A DNA stretch of 64,000 bases from an uncultured Thalassospiraceae bacterium (GTDB lineage: Bacteria; Pseudomonadota; Alphaproteobacteria; Rhodospirillales; 2-02-FULL-58-16). Both the position numbers and the translations under genes were made by a program. The notes beneath the pieces were generated by a model. It worked only from the letters and a program-made list of their open reading frames with translations. It was not told where the DNA came from and searched no databases. This document shows positions 28,503 through 37,918 of this stretch, one piece after another. The stretch lies in NCBI GenBank assembly GCA_964632795.1, contig CAZWEZ010000002.1, positions 28,702-92,701 on the forward strand, in the 5' to 3' direction. Position 1 is the stretch's first letter; each line of letters starts with the position of its first letter.

Positions 28503-28560
28503 TTGACTCGATATATATCGCTCCTATATATATCGGCAGGATATATATCGCCGCGATATG
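28503..28560 (+). promoter_or_regulatory. Promoter-like TTGACT-N16-TATATA overlapped by a 15-bp tandem repeat (ATATATATCG x3)
   Basis: The exact 10-mer ATATATATCG occurs at 28511, 28526 and 28541, with a degenerate fourth copy at 28556. The first copy is part of the 12-bp palindrome CGATATATATCG. It lies upstream of the PadR gene. Confidence 0.4.
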
Positions 28561-28594
28561 TTGGCGGCGCCCCCCCCCTGAGAAGGACCGGTTC

Positions 28595-29149
28595 ATGGAC
28601 ATCAAGACCCTGTGCCTGGGCATCCTCACCCTCGGCGAGGCCAGCGGCTACGAGCTTAAGAAGCACTTCGAGGACGGCCCGATCTCCCAATTCCACCACG
28701 CCGGCTTCGGTTCGATCTACCCGGCGCTGGGCAAGCTCCACGACGAGGGGCTGGTGACCCGCTCCGAGATGGTCCAGGACGGCCGCCCCGACAAGAAGGT
28801 GTACGCCATCACCAGCCGCGGCCTGGAGACCTTCCGCCAGGCCCTGGCCAAGCCCCCGGCCGCCGACAAGATCCGTTCCGAGTGCCTGTTGATCCTGTTC
28901 TTCGAACACCTGCTGGAGGCCGGCCATAGCCGCCACGTGTTCGAGGAATACCTGGCCAGCTACCACCGGCTCCTGGCCTGCGTCGAGGCCCGCGACATGT
29001 CCGGGATGCCGCCGGGGCGGCGCTTCGTCCACGGCTTCGGGATGACCATCTACCGGGCCATCATCGCCTACATGGAGGACAACCGGGGGCTCCTGCTCGA
29101 AGACGCCGAGGCTTCGGATAGCGCGCTTAAGACGGGGACCGGACAATGA
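28595..29149 (+). CDS. PadR family transcriptional regulator
   Basis: A 184-aa product from ATG 28595. The text LGILTLGEASGYELKKHFE...GSIYPALGKLHDEGLV...KKVYAITSRG is a canonical PadR winged helix. Its stop overlaps the next gene's start. Confidence 0.85.
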   Translation: MDIKTLCLGILTLGEASGYELKKHFEDGPISQFHHAGFGSIYPALGKLHDEGLVTRSEMVQDGRPDKKVYAITSRGLETFRQALAKPPAADKIRSECLLILFFEHLLEAGHSRHVFEEYLASYHRLLACVEARDMSGMPPGRRFVHGFGMTIYRAIIAYMEDNRGLLLEDAEASDSALKTGTGQ

Positions 29150-30237
29150 AACGCTCGTACCTGATCGCCGCCGGGATCGCGCTCGCCGTCGCCGGCTGGA
29201 TCCTCTCCGGCCAGGTCGACGGCAACATCGAAACCGACCGCGCCGAGCCTACGTCGGCGGCGGCGGCGAAGGAGGAGGTGGCGGCGGCGCTGCCCCAGGT
29301 CCGGGTGCGCTCCTCCACGGCCCGCGAAAGGGTCAGCGAACTGGTCCTGTTCGGGCGCAGCGAAGCCGAACGGATGGTCGAGCTGCGTACCGAGACCGCG
29401 GCCCGGGTGGTCGCCATCAAGGTCGCCAAGGGCCAGCGGGTGGCCAAGGGCGACGCCATCGTCCGGCTGGCCATGGACGACCGCCAGGCCCGCCTGAGCG
29501 AAGCCGAGGCGGTGGTAGAACAGCACCGCATCGCTTACGAGGCGGCGCAGAAGCTGTCGCAGAAGCAGTACCGTTCCAAGGTCAAGCTGGCCGAGACCAG
29601 GGCCCAGTTGGAGACCGCCAAGGCGGCCCTGGCGGCGATCCGCCTCGACATCGCCCGCACCGTCATCCGCGCCCCCTTCGCCGGGGTGGTCGAGGCCTTG
29701 CCGGCCGAGGTCGGGGATTACCTGGCGGTCGGCGACGCGGTCGCCCACATCGTCGATCTGGATCCGATCCTGATCGTCGGCGAGGTCGCCGAACGCGACA
29801 TCGCCAAGGTCGCCACCGGGTCCCTGGCGCGGGTCCGCCTGACCACCGGCGAGATGGTCGAGGGCACGGTGCGCTACGTCTCCAGGGTCGGCGCCAGGTC
29901 GACCCGCACCTTCCGCATCGAGGTCGCGCTGGCCAACCCCGGGGGCGCCATCGCCGAGGGGCTGACCGCCGAGTTGTGGCTGCCGGTCGGCCTCGAGTTG
30001 GCCCATCTGGTGTCACCGGCGGTGCTGACCCTGTCCGACGACGGCGTGGTCGGGGTCAAGGTGGTGGATGATAAGGACGTGGTCGACTTCTTCCCGGTGC
30101 GGATGGTCGCCGACACCCCCGACGGGGTGTGGCTGGGCGGGCTGCCCGAGACCGTCACCCTGATCACCGTCGGCCAGGAGTTCGTGCTCCCCGGCCAAAG
30201 GGTGATCCCGGTCCCCGAGGACGGCAACGGGTCATGA
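29146..30237 (+). CDS. RND efflux periplasmic adaptor (MFP/HlyD family)
   Basis: A 363-aa product with an N-terminal membrane anchor, a coiled-coil segment and beta-barrel text (IRAPFAGVVE). It overlaps both neighbouring genes. Confidence 0.85.
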   Translation: MKRSYLIAAGIALAVAGWILSGQVDGNIETDRAEPTSAAAAKEEVAAALPQVRVRSSTARERVSELVLFGRSEAERMVELRTETAARVVAIKVAKGQRVAKGDAIVRLAMDDRQARLSEAEAVVEQHRIAYEAAQKLSQKQYRSKVKLAETRAQLETAKAALAAIRLDIARTVIRAPFAGVVEALPAEVGDYLAVGDAVAHIVDLDPILIVGEVAERDIAKVATGSLARVRLTTGEMVEGTVRYVSRVGARSTRTFRIEVALANPGGAIAEGLTAELWLPVGLELAHLVSPAVLTLSDDGVVGVKVVDDKDVVDFFPVRMVADTPDGVWLGGLPETVTLITVGQEFVLPGQRVIPVPEDGNGS

Positions 30238-33200
30238 AGTCGATCATCGATGCGGCGATCGGGCGGGCGCGGATGGTGCTGGCCTCGCTGGCCCTGATCC
30301 TGATCGCCGGAACGGTGGCCTACATCGACATCCCCAAGGAGTCCGATCCCGACATCAACATCCCCATCATCTACGTCCGCATGGAGCACGACGGGATCTC
30401 GCCCGAGGACGCCGAGCGGCTGCTGATCCGCCCCCTCGAGGAGGAGCTCCGGATCGTCGAGGGGGTCAAGGAAATGCGCTCCACCGGCTACGAGGGCGGG
30501 GCCTACGTGGTGCTCGAGTTCGAGGCCGGGTTCGACGCCGACAAGGCGATGGAGGACGTCCGCGAGAAGGTCGATCTGGCCAAGCCCGAACTGCCCGCCG
30601 ACACCGACGAGCCGACGGTGCACGAGGTTAACTTCTCCCTGTTCCCGGTGATCGTGGTGACGCTGGCCGGCGAGGTCCCCGAGCGGACCCTGATGCGCCT
30701 GGCCAACGACCTCCAGGACGCCGTCGAGGGTATCTCCAGCGTGCTCAAGGTGGAGATCGCCGGCGACCGCGACCAGGTGGTCGAGGTCCTGATCGACCCG
30801 GTCAAGGTGGAGAGCTATGGCCTGACCCCGGACCAGGCGATCAACATCGTGCGGCGCTCCAACCTGCTGGTCGCCGCCGGCGCCCAGGACACCGGCCGGG
30901 GGCGCTTCGCGCTCAAGGTGCCGGGGCTGCTGGAGACGGTCTTCGACATCATCGCCCTGCCGGTGGTGGTCGAGGGCGACGCCGTGGTCCGCCTCGGCGA
31001 CATCGCCGAAATCCGGCGCACCTTCAAGGACCCGGAGAGCTTCGCCCGGGTCGACGGCCGCCCGGCGATCGGGCTCGAGGTCTCCAAGCGCACCGGCGAG
31101 AACATCATCGAGACCATCGAGCGGGTGCGCCAGGTGGTCGAGGCCGAACGCGCCGTGTGGCCGGACGGCCTGCGCCAGGCGGTCCAGGTCGCCTTCTCCC
31201 AGGACAAGTCCGACGACATCCGGACCATGCTCGCCGATCTCCAGAACAACGTCATCATGGCGGTGCTGCTGGTCATGATCGTGGTCGTCGCGGCGCTGGG
31301 GCCGCGCACCGCGATCCTGGTCGGGATCGCCATCCCGGGATCGTTCCTGATCGCCATCCTGGTCCTCGGGGGGCTGGGGCTGACCATCAACATGGTGGTC
31401 CTGTTCAGCCTGATCCTGGCCGTCGGCATGCTGGTCGACGGGGCGATCGTGGTCACCGAGTACGCCGACCGCAAGATGACCGAGGGCGAACACCGCCGCA
31501 CCGCCTACGCGCTGGCCGCCAAGCGCATGTCGTGGCCGATCATAGCCTCCACCGCGACCACCCTGGCCGCCTTCCTGCCACTGGTGTTCTGGCCGGGCGT
31601 GGTCGGCGAGTTCATGAAGTTCCTGCCCATCACCCTGCTCGCCACCCTGTCGGCGTCGCTGCTGATGGCGCTGATCTTCGTCCCCACCCTGGGCTCCTTC
31701 ATCGGCCGCCCGGGCGGCACCGTCGACGCCGCCACCATGAAGGGCCTGGCGGCGAGCGCCGGGGCCGGTGACCTGTCGGCGCTCGGCGGCATAACCGGCG
31801 CCTACCTCCGGGTGCTGGGGGTGGCGCTCAACCACCCGGCCAAGGTGCTGCTGGTGGCCCTCGCCCTGCTGATCGGCGTCCAGTGGGCCTACGCCAGCTT
31901 CGGCAAGGGGATCGAGTTCTTCCCCGAGGTCGAACCCAAGTTCGCCAAGCTCCAGGTGCGGGCCCGGGGCAACCTGTCGATCCACGAGAAGGACGTCTTG
32001 ATGCGCCAGGTCGAGAGCCGGATCCCGAGGAACGGCGAGTTCGCCTCGGTCTACACCCGGACCGGCAAGGAACCCAACAGCCAGGAGGCCGAGGACATCA
32101 TCGGCACCATCACGCTCGAGTTCGTCGACTGGGACAAGCGGCGCAAGGCCGACCGCATCCTCGCCGAGATCCAGCGCAATACCGCCGACCTGGCCGGCAT
32201 CTTCGTCGATTCGCGCAAGGCCGAGGAAGGACCCCACGCCGGCAAGCCGGTCCAGATCGAGCTGTCCTCGCGCTATCCCGAACTGCTGCCCGGCGCCATC
32301 GCCACGGTGCGCCGGAAGCTGGACGGGATCGCCGGGCTGATCAACCTGGTGGACAGCCGCCCGCTGCCCGGCATCGACTGGCAGCTCGAGGTCGACCGCG
32401 CCCAGGCCGCCAAGTTCAACGCCGACGTCAGCATCATCGGCAGCGCCGTGCAGATGGTGACCACCGGCATCATGCTGGGCGACTACCGCCCCGACGACAG
32501 CGACGACGAGATCGAGATCCGGGCCCGCTATCCGCGCCCCTACCGGACCATCGAGCAGCTCGACAACATCCGCATCAACACCGACCTCGGCCGGGTGCCG
32601 ATCAGCAACTTCGTGAGCCGCCTCGCCAAGCCCGCGGTGGGCACCGTCACCCGCACCGACGGCAGGCGGGTGATGACCGTCAAGGCCGACGTGATGGAAG
32701 GCGTCAACGTCGACCACAAGGTCGGCGAGATCCAGGCGTGGCTGAAAACAGCCGGCCTGGACAGCCGGGTCGAGATCGCCTTCAAGGGCGAGGACGAGGA
32801 GCAGAAGAAGGCCGAGGCGTTCCTCATCAAGGCCTTCGCGGTGGCCCTGTTCATCATGGCGATCATCCTGGTGACCCAGTTCAACAGCTTCTATTCGGCG
32901 CTCCTGATCCTGAGCGCGGTGGTGATGTCGACCATCGGCGTGCTGGGCGGCATGCTGATCCTCGATCAGCCGTTCGGGATCATCATGAGCGGCATCGGGG
33001 TGATCGCCCTGGCCGGTATCGTGGTCAACAACAACATCGTCCTCATCGACACCCACGACCGGCTCTCCGAGGAGACCGGCGAAACGCCCAGGCAGGTCAT
33101 CCTGAGGACCGGTGCCCAGCGCCTGCGCCCGGTGCTGCTGACCACGGTGACCACCATGCTGGGCCTGATGCCGATGGTGCTCGGCGTCAACATCGACTTC

Positions 33201-33383
33201 GTGACCCGCGAGATCGCCGTCGGCGCCCCGTCCAGCCAGTGGTGGACCCAGTTGTCGACGGCCATCGTCTTCGGGCTCGGCTTCGCCACCGTGCTGACCC
33301 TCCTCGTCACCCCCAGCGCCCTGATGGTGCGGGCCAACCTCAGGGCCTGGAAGATGCGCCGCCGCCGAATTCCGGTGACATGA
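30234..33383 (+). CDS. RND efflux permease (AcrB/AcrD/AcrF family)
   Basis: A 1049-aa product whose ATG at 30234 overlaps the adaptor stop (ATGA). It shows a 12-TM, two-large-loop architecture by eye and typical family text throughout. Confidence 0.9.
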   Translation: MKSIIDAAIGRARMVLASLALILIAGTVAYIDIPKESDPDINIPIIYVRMEHDGISPEDAERLLIRPLEEELRIVEGVKEMRSTGYEGGAYVVLEFEAGFDADKAMEDVREKVDLAKPELPADTDEPTVHEVNFSLFPVIVVTLAGEVPERTLMRLANDLQDAVEGISSVLKVEIAGDRDQVVEVLIDPVKVESYGLTPDQAINIVRRSNLLVAAGAQDTGRGRFALKVPGLLETVFDIIALPVVVEGDAVVRLGDIAEIRRTFKDPESFARVDGRPAIGLEVSKRTGENIIETIERVRQVVEAERAVWPDGLRQAVQVAFSQDKSDDIRTMLADLQNNVIMAVLLVMIVVVAALGPRTAILVGIAIPGSFLIAILVLGGLGLTINMVVLFSLILAVGMLVDGAIVVTEYADRKMTEGEHRRTAYALAAKRMSWPIIASTATTLAAFLPLVFWPGVVGEFMKFLPITLLATLSASLLMALIFVPTLGSFIGRPGGTVDAATMKGLAASAGAGDLSALGGITGAYLRVLGVALNHPAKVLLVALALLIGVQWAYASFGKGIEFFPEVEPKFAKLQVRARGNLSIHEKDVLMRQVESRIPRNGEFASVYTRTGKEPNSQEAEDIIGTITLEFVDWDKRRKADRILAEIQRNTADLAGIFVDSRKAEEGPHAGKPVQIELSSRYPELLPGAIATVRRKLDGIAGLINLVDSRPLPGIDWQLEVDRAQAAKFNADVSIIGSAVQMVTTGIMLGDYRPDDSDDEIEIRARYPRPYRTIEQLDNIRINTDLGRVPISNFVSRLAKPAVGTVTRTDGRRVMTVKADVMEGVNVDHKVGEIQAWLKTAGLDSRVEIAFKGEDEEQKKAEAFLIKAFAVALFIMAIILVTQFNSFYSALLILSAVVMSTIGVLGGMLILDQPFGIIMSGIGVIALAGIVVNNNIVLIDTHDRLSEETGETPRQVILRTGAQRLRPVLLTTVTTMLGLMPMVLGVNIDFVTREIAVGAPSSQWWTQLSTAIVFGLGFATVLTLLVTPSALMVRANLRAWKMRRRRIPVT

Positions 33384-34139
33384 TACTTAATTGTCTCTCT
33401 CACTCTTTCTGTGCTAGGTTTTTCTCATGGCACGATTTGCGCGGGTGGTGGCGCCGGGCATTCCTCATCATGTGACGCAGCGGGGCAACCGGCGGCAGAC
33501 CACATTTTTCAACGATGAAGACTATGCGGCCTACCTGGATTTGTTGGCCGAGCAGTTGGCCCGCGCCTCGGTGGCGCTGTGGGCCTACTGCCTGATGCCG
33601 AACCACGTGCACCTGATCCTGGTGCCGGAAACGGAAGACGGCCTGGCCGTCGCCCTGGGCGAGGCACACCGCCGCTACACCCGACGAATCAACTCCCGCG
33701 AGGGTTGGCGGGGTTTTCTGTGGCAGGGCCGTTTTGGCTCGTTTCCCCTGGAAGGCGATCACCTGCTGGCGGCGGCGCGCTATGTGGAATTGAACCCCGT
33801 GCGCGCAAAGTTGGCGAGGGGGCCCGAGGACTGGCCGTGGTCCAGCGCCCGCGCCCATCTGGCGGGGCGCGACGGCGGGGCGCTGTCGGTCCGCCCTCTT
33901 CTCGATCGGGTCGGCGACTGGCGGGCCTTTCTCGACGGCGGTCTTGGCGCGGAGGCTCTCGACGCCCTGCGCCGCCATGAGCGGACAGGCCGGCCCCTCG
34001 GCTCGACGGCTTTCGTGGAACGGCTGGAAGGTATGCTCGGCCGCCCCCTCAAGAGGCGCAAACCGGGACCCAAGCCGGCGGCGGAATGAACGGGGATGTT
34101 TGCGGCGCGCAAGGGCAATTAAGTATCATGTCACCGGAA
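33370..34139. mobile_element. RAYT unit: Y1 transposase gene bracketed by perfect 24-bp inverted repeats
   Basis: TTCCGGTGACATGATACTTAATTG at 33370-33393 is the exact reverse complement of 34116-34139. The stop codon of the RND gene (33381-33383) lies inside the left repeat. Confidence 0.7.
33427..34089 (+). CDS. REP-associated tyrosine transposase (RAYT, IS200-like Y1 transposase)
   Basis: A 220-aa product. It has the HUH motif context CLMPNHVHLILVP and the catalytic Tyr context ARYVELNPVRAKL. The N-terminal GIPHHVTQRGN is typical of this family. Confidence 0.8.
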   Translation: MARFARVVAPGIPHHVTQRGNRRQTTFFNDEDYAAYLDLLAEQLARASVALWAYCLMPNHVHLILVPETEDGLAVALGEAHRRYTRRINSREGWRGFLWQGRFGSFPLEGDHLLAAARYVELNPVRAKLARGPEDWPWSSARAHLAGRDGGALSVRPLLDRVGDWRAFLDGGLGAEALDALRRHERTGRPLGSTAFVERLEGMLGRPLKRRKPGPKPAAE

Positions 34140-34169
34140 CTCAGTTTCGATTAGGCGCCGCCCCGGGCC

Positions 34170-34781
34170 TCACGGCTTGTACATGCGCTGCTTCTTGTCG
34201 AGTTCGGGATTGGTCAGCTGGCGCTGCTCTTGAGGCAGTTCGAACTGCTTTTTCAGGTAGAGGGCGCGGCCGCGCACGGTCGCCGGATCGACGTTGTAAT
34301 ACAGGATGTTGTCGATCAGTCCGGGTCCGGAAACCGCCTCTTGGTCCACCTTCAGGGCCTCGATGTAGTCGTCGAGCGCCATCTCGTGGCGCCCGGTGCG
34401 GTCGTACAGGATGCCGCGGTTGGCGTGGGCGGCGGCCAGCACCGCCCGGCCGGTGAGGTCGTCGGCCTCCAGGGTCCGCTCCAGGAAGCCGATGAGGTAG
34501 GTCAATTCCGCCTCGGCCTCCGGGTGCCGGCCGGCCTGCAGGAAGGCGATGGCCCGGCCCATCAGCGCCCCGCGGTGGTCGGCGCGCTCGGCGAGGGCCA
34601 TCTCGAAGCTTTCCAGGGCGCCGGCGAAGTCGCCCTCGCCGAGGCGGTTGCTCCCCTCGCGGACGTAATAGTCGCCGGGTTGGCCCGGGGTCAGGTAATG
34701 CCAGCCGACCCACAACGTGAACATGACGGCGGTGGCGATCGCCATCAGCTTGATGAACCTGAGCAGGAGCCGCCGGTTCAT
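34170..34781 (-). CDS. TPR repeat membrane-anchored protein
   Basis: A 203-aa product from ATG 34781 within track ORF 34170..34991. It has one N-terminal TM segment followed by TPR-like repeats (GDFAGALESFEMALAERADH, GRHPEAEAELTYLI, GRHEMALDDYIEAL). Confidence 0.7.
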   Translation of the reverse strand: MNRRLLLRFIKLMAIATAVMFTLWVGWHYLTPGQPGDYYVREGSNRLGEGDFAGALESFEMALAERADHRGALMGRAIAFLQAGRHPEAEAELTYLIGFLERTLEADDLTGRAVLAAAHANRGILYDRTGRHEMALDDYIEALKVDQEAVSGPGLIDNILYYNVDPATVRGRALYLKKQFELPQEQRQLTNPELDKKQRMYKP

Positions 34782-35023
34782 CGACCGTTCCCGAACAGGT
34801 TGCCGACGTAGAAGACGGCAAAGAGGAAACAGAGCAGGGCCGCCGTGACCCCGGCCCGCTTCTTCAGCGATCGGCGCTGGGCCTCGTCGGAGGGGCCGTG
34901 GCGGCGCTCGAGGCGGCGAACCGACATCACCCAGATCAACCGGCGCACCGGAAAGAACAGGGCCACCCCGAGGGCGACGGCCCAAAGCCAAACGTACTCC
35001 GGTGCAAACAACGATGCCATCAT
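34778..35023 (-). CDS. Small two-TM membrane protein
   Basis: An 81-aa product starting with MMASLFAPEYVWLWAVALGVALFF, 6 nt after the symporter stop. Its stop overlaps the TPR gene's start (ATGA). Confidence 0.5.
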   Translation of the reverse strand: MMASLFAPEYVWLWAVALGVALFFPVRRLIWVMSVRRLERRHGPSDEAQRRSLKKRAGVTAALLCFLFAVFYVGNLFGNGR

Positions 35024-35028
35024 CAGGG

Positions 35029-36996
35029 TCAGTTGCTCGGTCGCTCGAGCACCGTGTCGCCGATGTCTTCGACCAGGGCCTCGACCTCCTTGTCGGGGAT
35101 GGTCGACATCTCCATCTTGTAGGCGAGGAACCACATCATCCCCACGCCCAGGATCCAGAACAGGATCTGCCACGCCCAGATCGAGGGTATGCCGAAGGTC
35201 CAGGCGTCCGGCGTCCCGGCGTCGGGGCTTCCGAAGATGTCGTTGCCCAGAACCGCGCCCGGGCCGATGCCAAAGAACAGCCACGCCAGGGTGACGATCC
35301 AGGCGACCGGCTTGAGGCCTTGCTTGTCGTCGGGCAGCGAAGCGTGCTCGGCCAGGAAGTCATGGTACCTCATGCGGTGGCTGCGGGCCTCGCCGTTCTG
35401 GGTCATCGCCGAGACGATGAGGCAGACGCCGAGGTTGAAGATCATGCCCCAGCCGGCGGAGTGGATGGTCCACGGCCAGCGTCCCCACGGCAACGATCCG
35501 CCGGTGATGGTGGAGCCGATGGTCTCGGTGAAGATCACCCCGAGCAGACCGGCGGCCAGACCCCACGTGGCGCCCTGACGGGTGATCCACGGGAACCAGG
35601 TGACGGCGGCCAGCGACGGCCACATCTGGAAGCCGAAGGCGACCGCCAGGCCGCCGAGCAGAACCAGGGCGTCCTTGGAATAGGTCGCCACCAGAAGGGC
35701 GCCGATGACGATGACGGCGACCCCGATGCGCCCGAACAGCTTCTGGGTGGCGTGGGAAGCGGTCGGGTTGATGTAGCGCTTGTACAAATCGCGGGTCAGC
35801 ATCGCGCCGGCGGTCGACATGTAGGCGCCGCCGGTGGACTGCATGGCGGCCAGGGCGCACACCGCGAGAAGGCCGACCAGCCACGGCATGCTCTCGCCGA
35901 TCAGGTTGAGGTAATGGGGAACCAGGCCGGCCTGCTTGTCGGCGCCGAGGTCGGGCAGCACGGTGGCGATCGCCAGACCGGCGTCGGTCACCGCCTGGTT
36001 GGCGCCGAGGAGGTGGGCGCCCATGCCCTGGAAGGCGGCGAAGAAGAACAGGATCAGGCCGATCCCGAAGGACGACGCCCATACCTGCTGGGGCGCGAAC
36101 GGCTTGGGGTTGTTGTTGGAGAACGACCACATGGTGAACGCCGGGGCCGATTGGACGCCCATCAGCGCCAACATGTAGGTCAGGACCATGATGGCGGTCC
36201 ACAGGCCGCCCACCGGGGTCTCCTTGCCCAGGCCGGCGGTCCACTGGATCACCCCCGGGATGGCGAAGTAGGCGTTGTAGTCGCCGCCTCCGAATCCCTT
36301 GGTGGTGCCCCATTTGCCGACCTCGGAGGCGGCCAGCTTGGCCAGCCCCATCTGCAGGGAATCCCAGCCCCCGGCGGCGTTCAGGGCGATGATGCCGGCG
36401 GCCACGATGGCCGACGCCAGCAACACGCACTGCAGGGCGTCGACGTAGGCCACCGCCCGCAGACCGCCGGAAGCGACGTAGATCAGCACCACCAGCGACA
36501 GCACCCACATGCCGACGCTGCGGTCCAGCCAGCCGTCGGTGAGGACGTTGAACAGGAAGCCCGACGCACCGAGCTGGAGGCCCAGAAAGGGGATCGAGAA
36601 CAGCAGCGCCACGCACACGGTGAGGATGCGGATGGCATCGCCCTGGAAGTAGTCGGCCAGCATCTCGCCCGGCGTCACATAGCCGAAGCGCTTGCCCAAC
36701 ATCCATTGGCGCTTGAGGAACAGCACCCCCGTGAAGGGGATGGTAATGGCGTAAAACGAGGCGTAGGCGTACTGGAAGCCGTCACGGTAGACCAGCCCCG
36801 GGTGGCCCATGAAGGTCCAGCCCGAGAACGAGGTCGCGGTGGCGGCCAGCACGAACACCCACATCGAGATCCGACGGCCGGAGATGAAATAGTCGGTAGC
36901 CGTCTTGGCCATGCGGGCGCACTTGATGCCCCAGAAAATGCAGTAGGCCCAATAGAGCGCCACGAACACCAACAGCCAAACGACTTTTTCAGACAA
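35029..36996 (-). CDS. Sodium:solute symporter family transporter
   Basis: A 655-aa polytopic product. The N-terminal DYFISGRRISMWVFVLAATATSFSGWTFMGHPG is typical of the SSF family. Confidence 0.85.
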   Translation of the reverse strand: MSEKVVWLLVFVALYWAYCIFWGIKCARMAKTATDYFISGRRISMWVFVLAATATSFSGWTFMGHPGLVYRDGFQYAYASFYAITIPFTGVLFLKRQWMLGKRFGYVTPGEMLADYFQGDAIRILTVCVALLFSIPFLGLQLGASGFLFNVLTDGWLDRSVGMWVLSLVVLIYVASGGLRAVAYVDALQCVLLASAIVAAGIIALNAAGGWDSLQMGLAKLAASEVGKWGTTKGFGGGDYNAYFAIPGVIQWTAGLGKETPVGGLWTAIMVLTYMLALMGVQSAPAFTMWSFSNNNPKPFAPQQVWASSFGIGLILFFFAAFQGMGAHLLGANQAVTDAGLAIATVLPDLGADKQAGLVPHYLNLIGESMPWLVGLLAVCALAAMQSTGGAYMSTAGAMLTRDLYKRYINPTASHATQKLFGRIGVAVIVIGALLVATYSKDALVLLGGLAVAFGFQMWPSLAAVTWFPWITRQGATWGLAAGLLGVIFTETIGSTITGGSLPWGRWPWTIHSAGWGMIFNLGVCLIVSAMTQNGEARSHRMRYHDFLAEHASLPDDKQGLKPVAWIVTLAWLFFGIGPGAVLGNDIFGSPDAGTPDAWTFGIPSIWAWQILFWILGVGMMWFLAYKMEMSTIPDKEVEALVEDIGDTVLERPSN

Positions 36997-37052
36997 GGCA
37001 AACCCCCTTCGTTATCTTCCGAGCCTGATAATGCATTATACCAACGGTCCTT

Positions 37053-37085
37053 ATACCAAGGAGCACTGACAATGACCTTTGGTAT
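37053..37085. repeat. Short REP-like hairpin (ATACCAAGG...CCTTTGGTAT)
   Basis: The same about 33-bp element occurs in the opposite orientation at 53665-53697, and as a half copy near 44584. The preceding ATACCAACGGTCCTTAT resembles the terminus of the MITE at 28291. Confidence 0.45.
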
Positions 37086-37105
37086 TACAACGTCGGGGAG
37101 CCGAC

Positions 37106-37918
37106 TCAGCCGGGCGGGGGTTGGGGGGGGTTCGCGGCGGCGGGGTCGCTTTGGGTTTCCTCGGTCTGGCGTTTGAGGTCCCGGAAGGAGCGGATGCTGA
37201 AGGGAAACGAGGCCATGTAGGCGATCAGGATCACCGATATGGTGGCCCACGTCATGCTGGCCAGCGAGGCCGCGAACAGGCCGACGAACAGCATGGTCGG
37301 CATCACCCAGCGGTGGGCGACCTTGAACTTCTTGAAGGCGAAGGTCGGAAACCGGCTGACCATCAGCCCCGACACCACGACCAGGAACACCGCCACCACC
37401 ACCGGCTCGCGGAAGAAGCCGTCGCCGATCTGGAACGACAGCATCATCGGCAGCAACACCAGGCCGGCCGCCATCGGCGCCGGCACCCCGGTGAAGAAGT
37501 TGGAGGCCCAGCGCGGCATGTCGGGCTCGTCCAGGTCGGTGTTGAAGCGGGCCAGCCGAAGCACGCAGCACACCGTGAACAGCAACGACAACACCCAGCC
37601 GATGCCCCCGGCGTCCTTCATCGTCCACAGGAACAGCATCATCGCCGGGGCGACCCCGAAGTTGACGATGTCGGCCAACGAATCCAGCTCGGCCCCGAAC
37701 TTGCTGGTCCCCTTGAGGATGCGGGCCACCCGGCCGTCCAGCGCATCGAGGATGGCGGCGACCAGGATCGCCAGCACCGCGTGCTCCCAGCGTTCCAGAA
37801 TGGCGAAGCGGATGCCGGTCATCCCGGCGCACAACGCCAGCAGGGTCAGGATGTTGGGAATCATCTTGTTGAACGGCAACCCCTTGAGGCGTTGGCGTTG
37901 GGTGCGCGGGTCCTCCAT
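37106..37918 (-). CDS. pssA: CDP-diacylglycerol--serine O-phosphatidyltransferase
   Basis: Has the CDP-alcohol phosphotransferase motif DALDGRVARILKGTSKFGAELDSLADIV. It lies directly downstream of psd. Confidence 0.85.
   Translation of the reverse strand: MEDPRTQRQRLKGLPFNKMIPNILTLLALCAGMTGIRFAILERWEHAVLAILVAAILDALDGRVARILKGTSKFGAELDSLADIVNFGVAPAMMLFLWTMKDAGGIGWVLSLLFTVCCVLRLARFNTDLDEPDMPRWASNFFTGVPAPMAAGLVLLPMMLSFQIGDGFFREPVVVAVFLVVVSGLMVSRFPTFAFKKFKVAHRWVMPTMLFVGLFAASLASMTWATISVILIAYMASFPFSIRSFRDLKRQTEETQSDPAAANPPQPPPG

Noticed and set aside
28509-28560. A CRISPR array; the repeated motifs at 43381..43578 were considered for the same reason.
   Set aside because: The repeats are 10-15 bp with no unique spacers of CRISPR length. 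The second case is a perfect palindrome rather than direct repeats separated by spacers. No cas genes are in the window.
28421-29149. Track ORF start at 28421, giving a PadR protein with an odd YIDSIYIAPIYIGRIYIAAI N-terminus.
   Set aside because: That segment is the translation of the ATATATATCG tandem repeat and MITE sequence. The PadR homology begins at ATG 28595.
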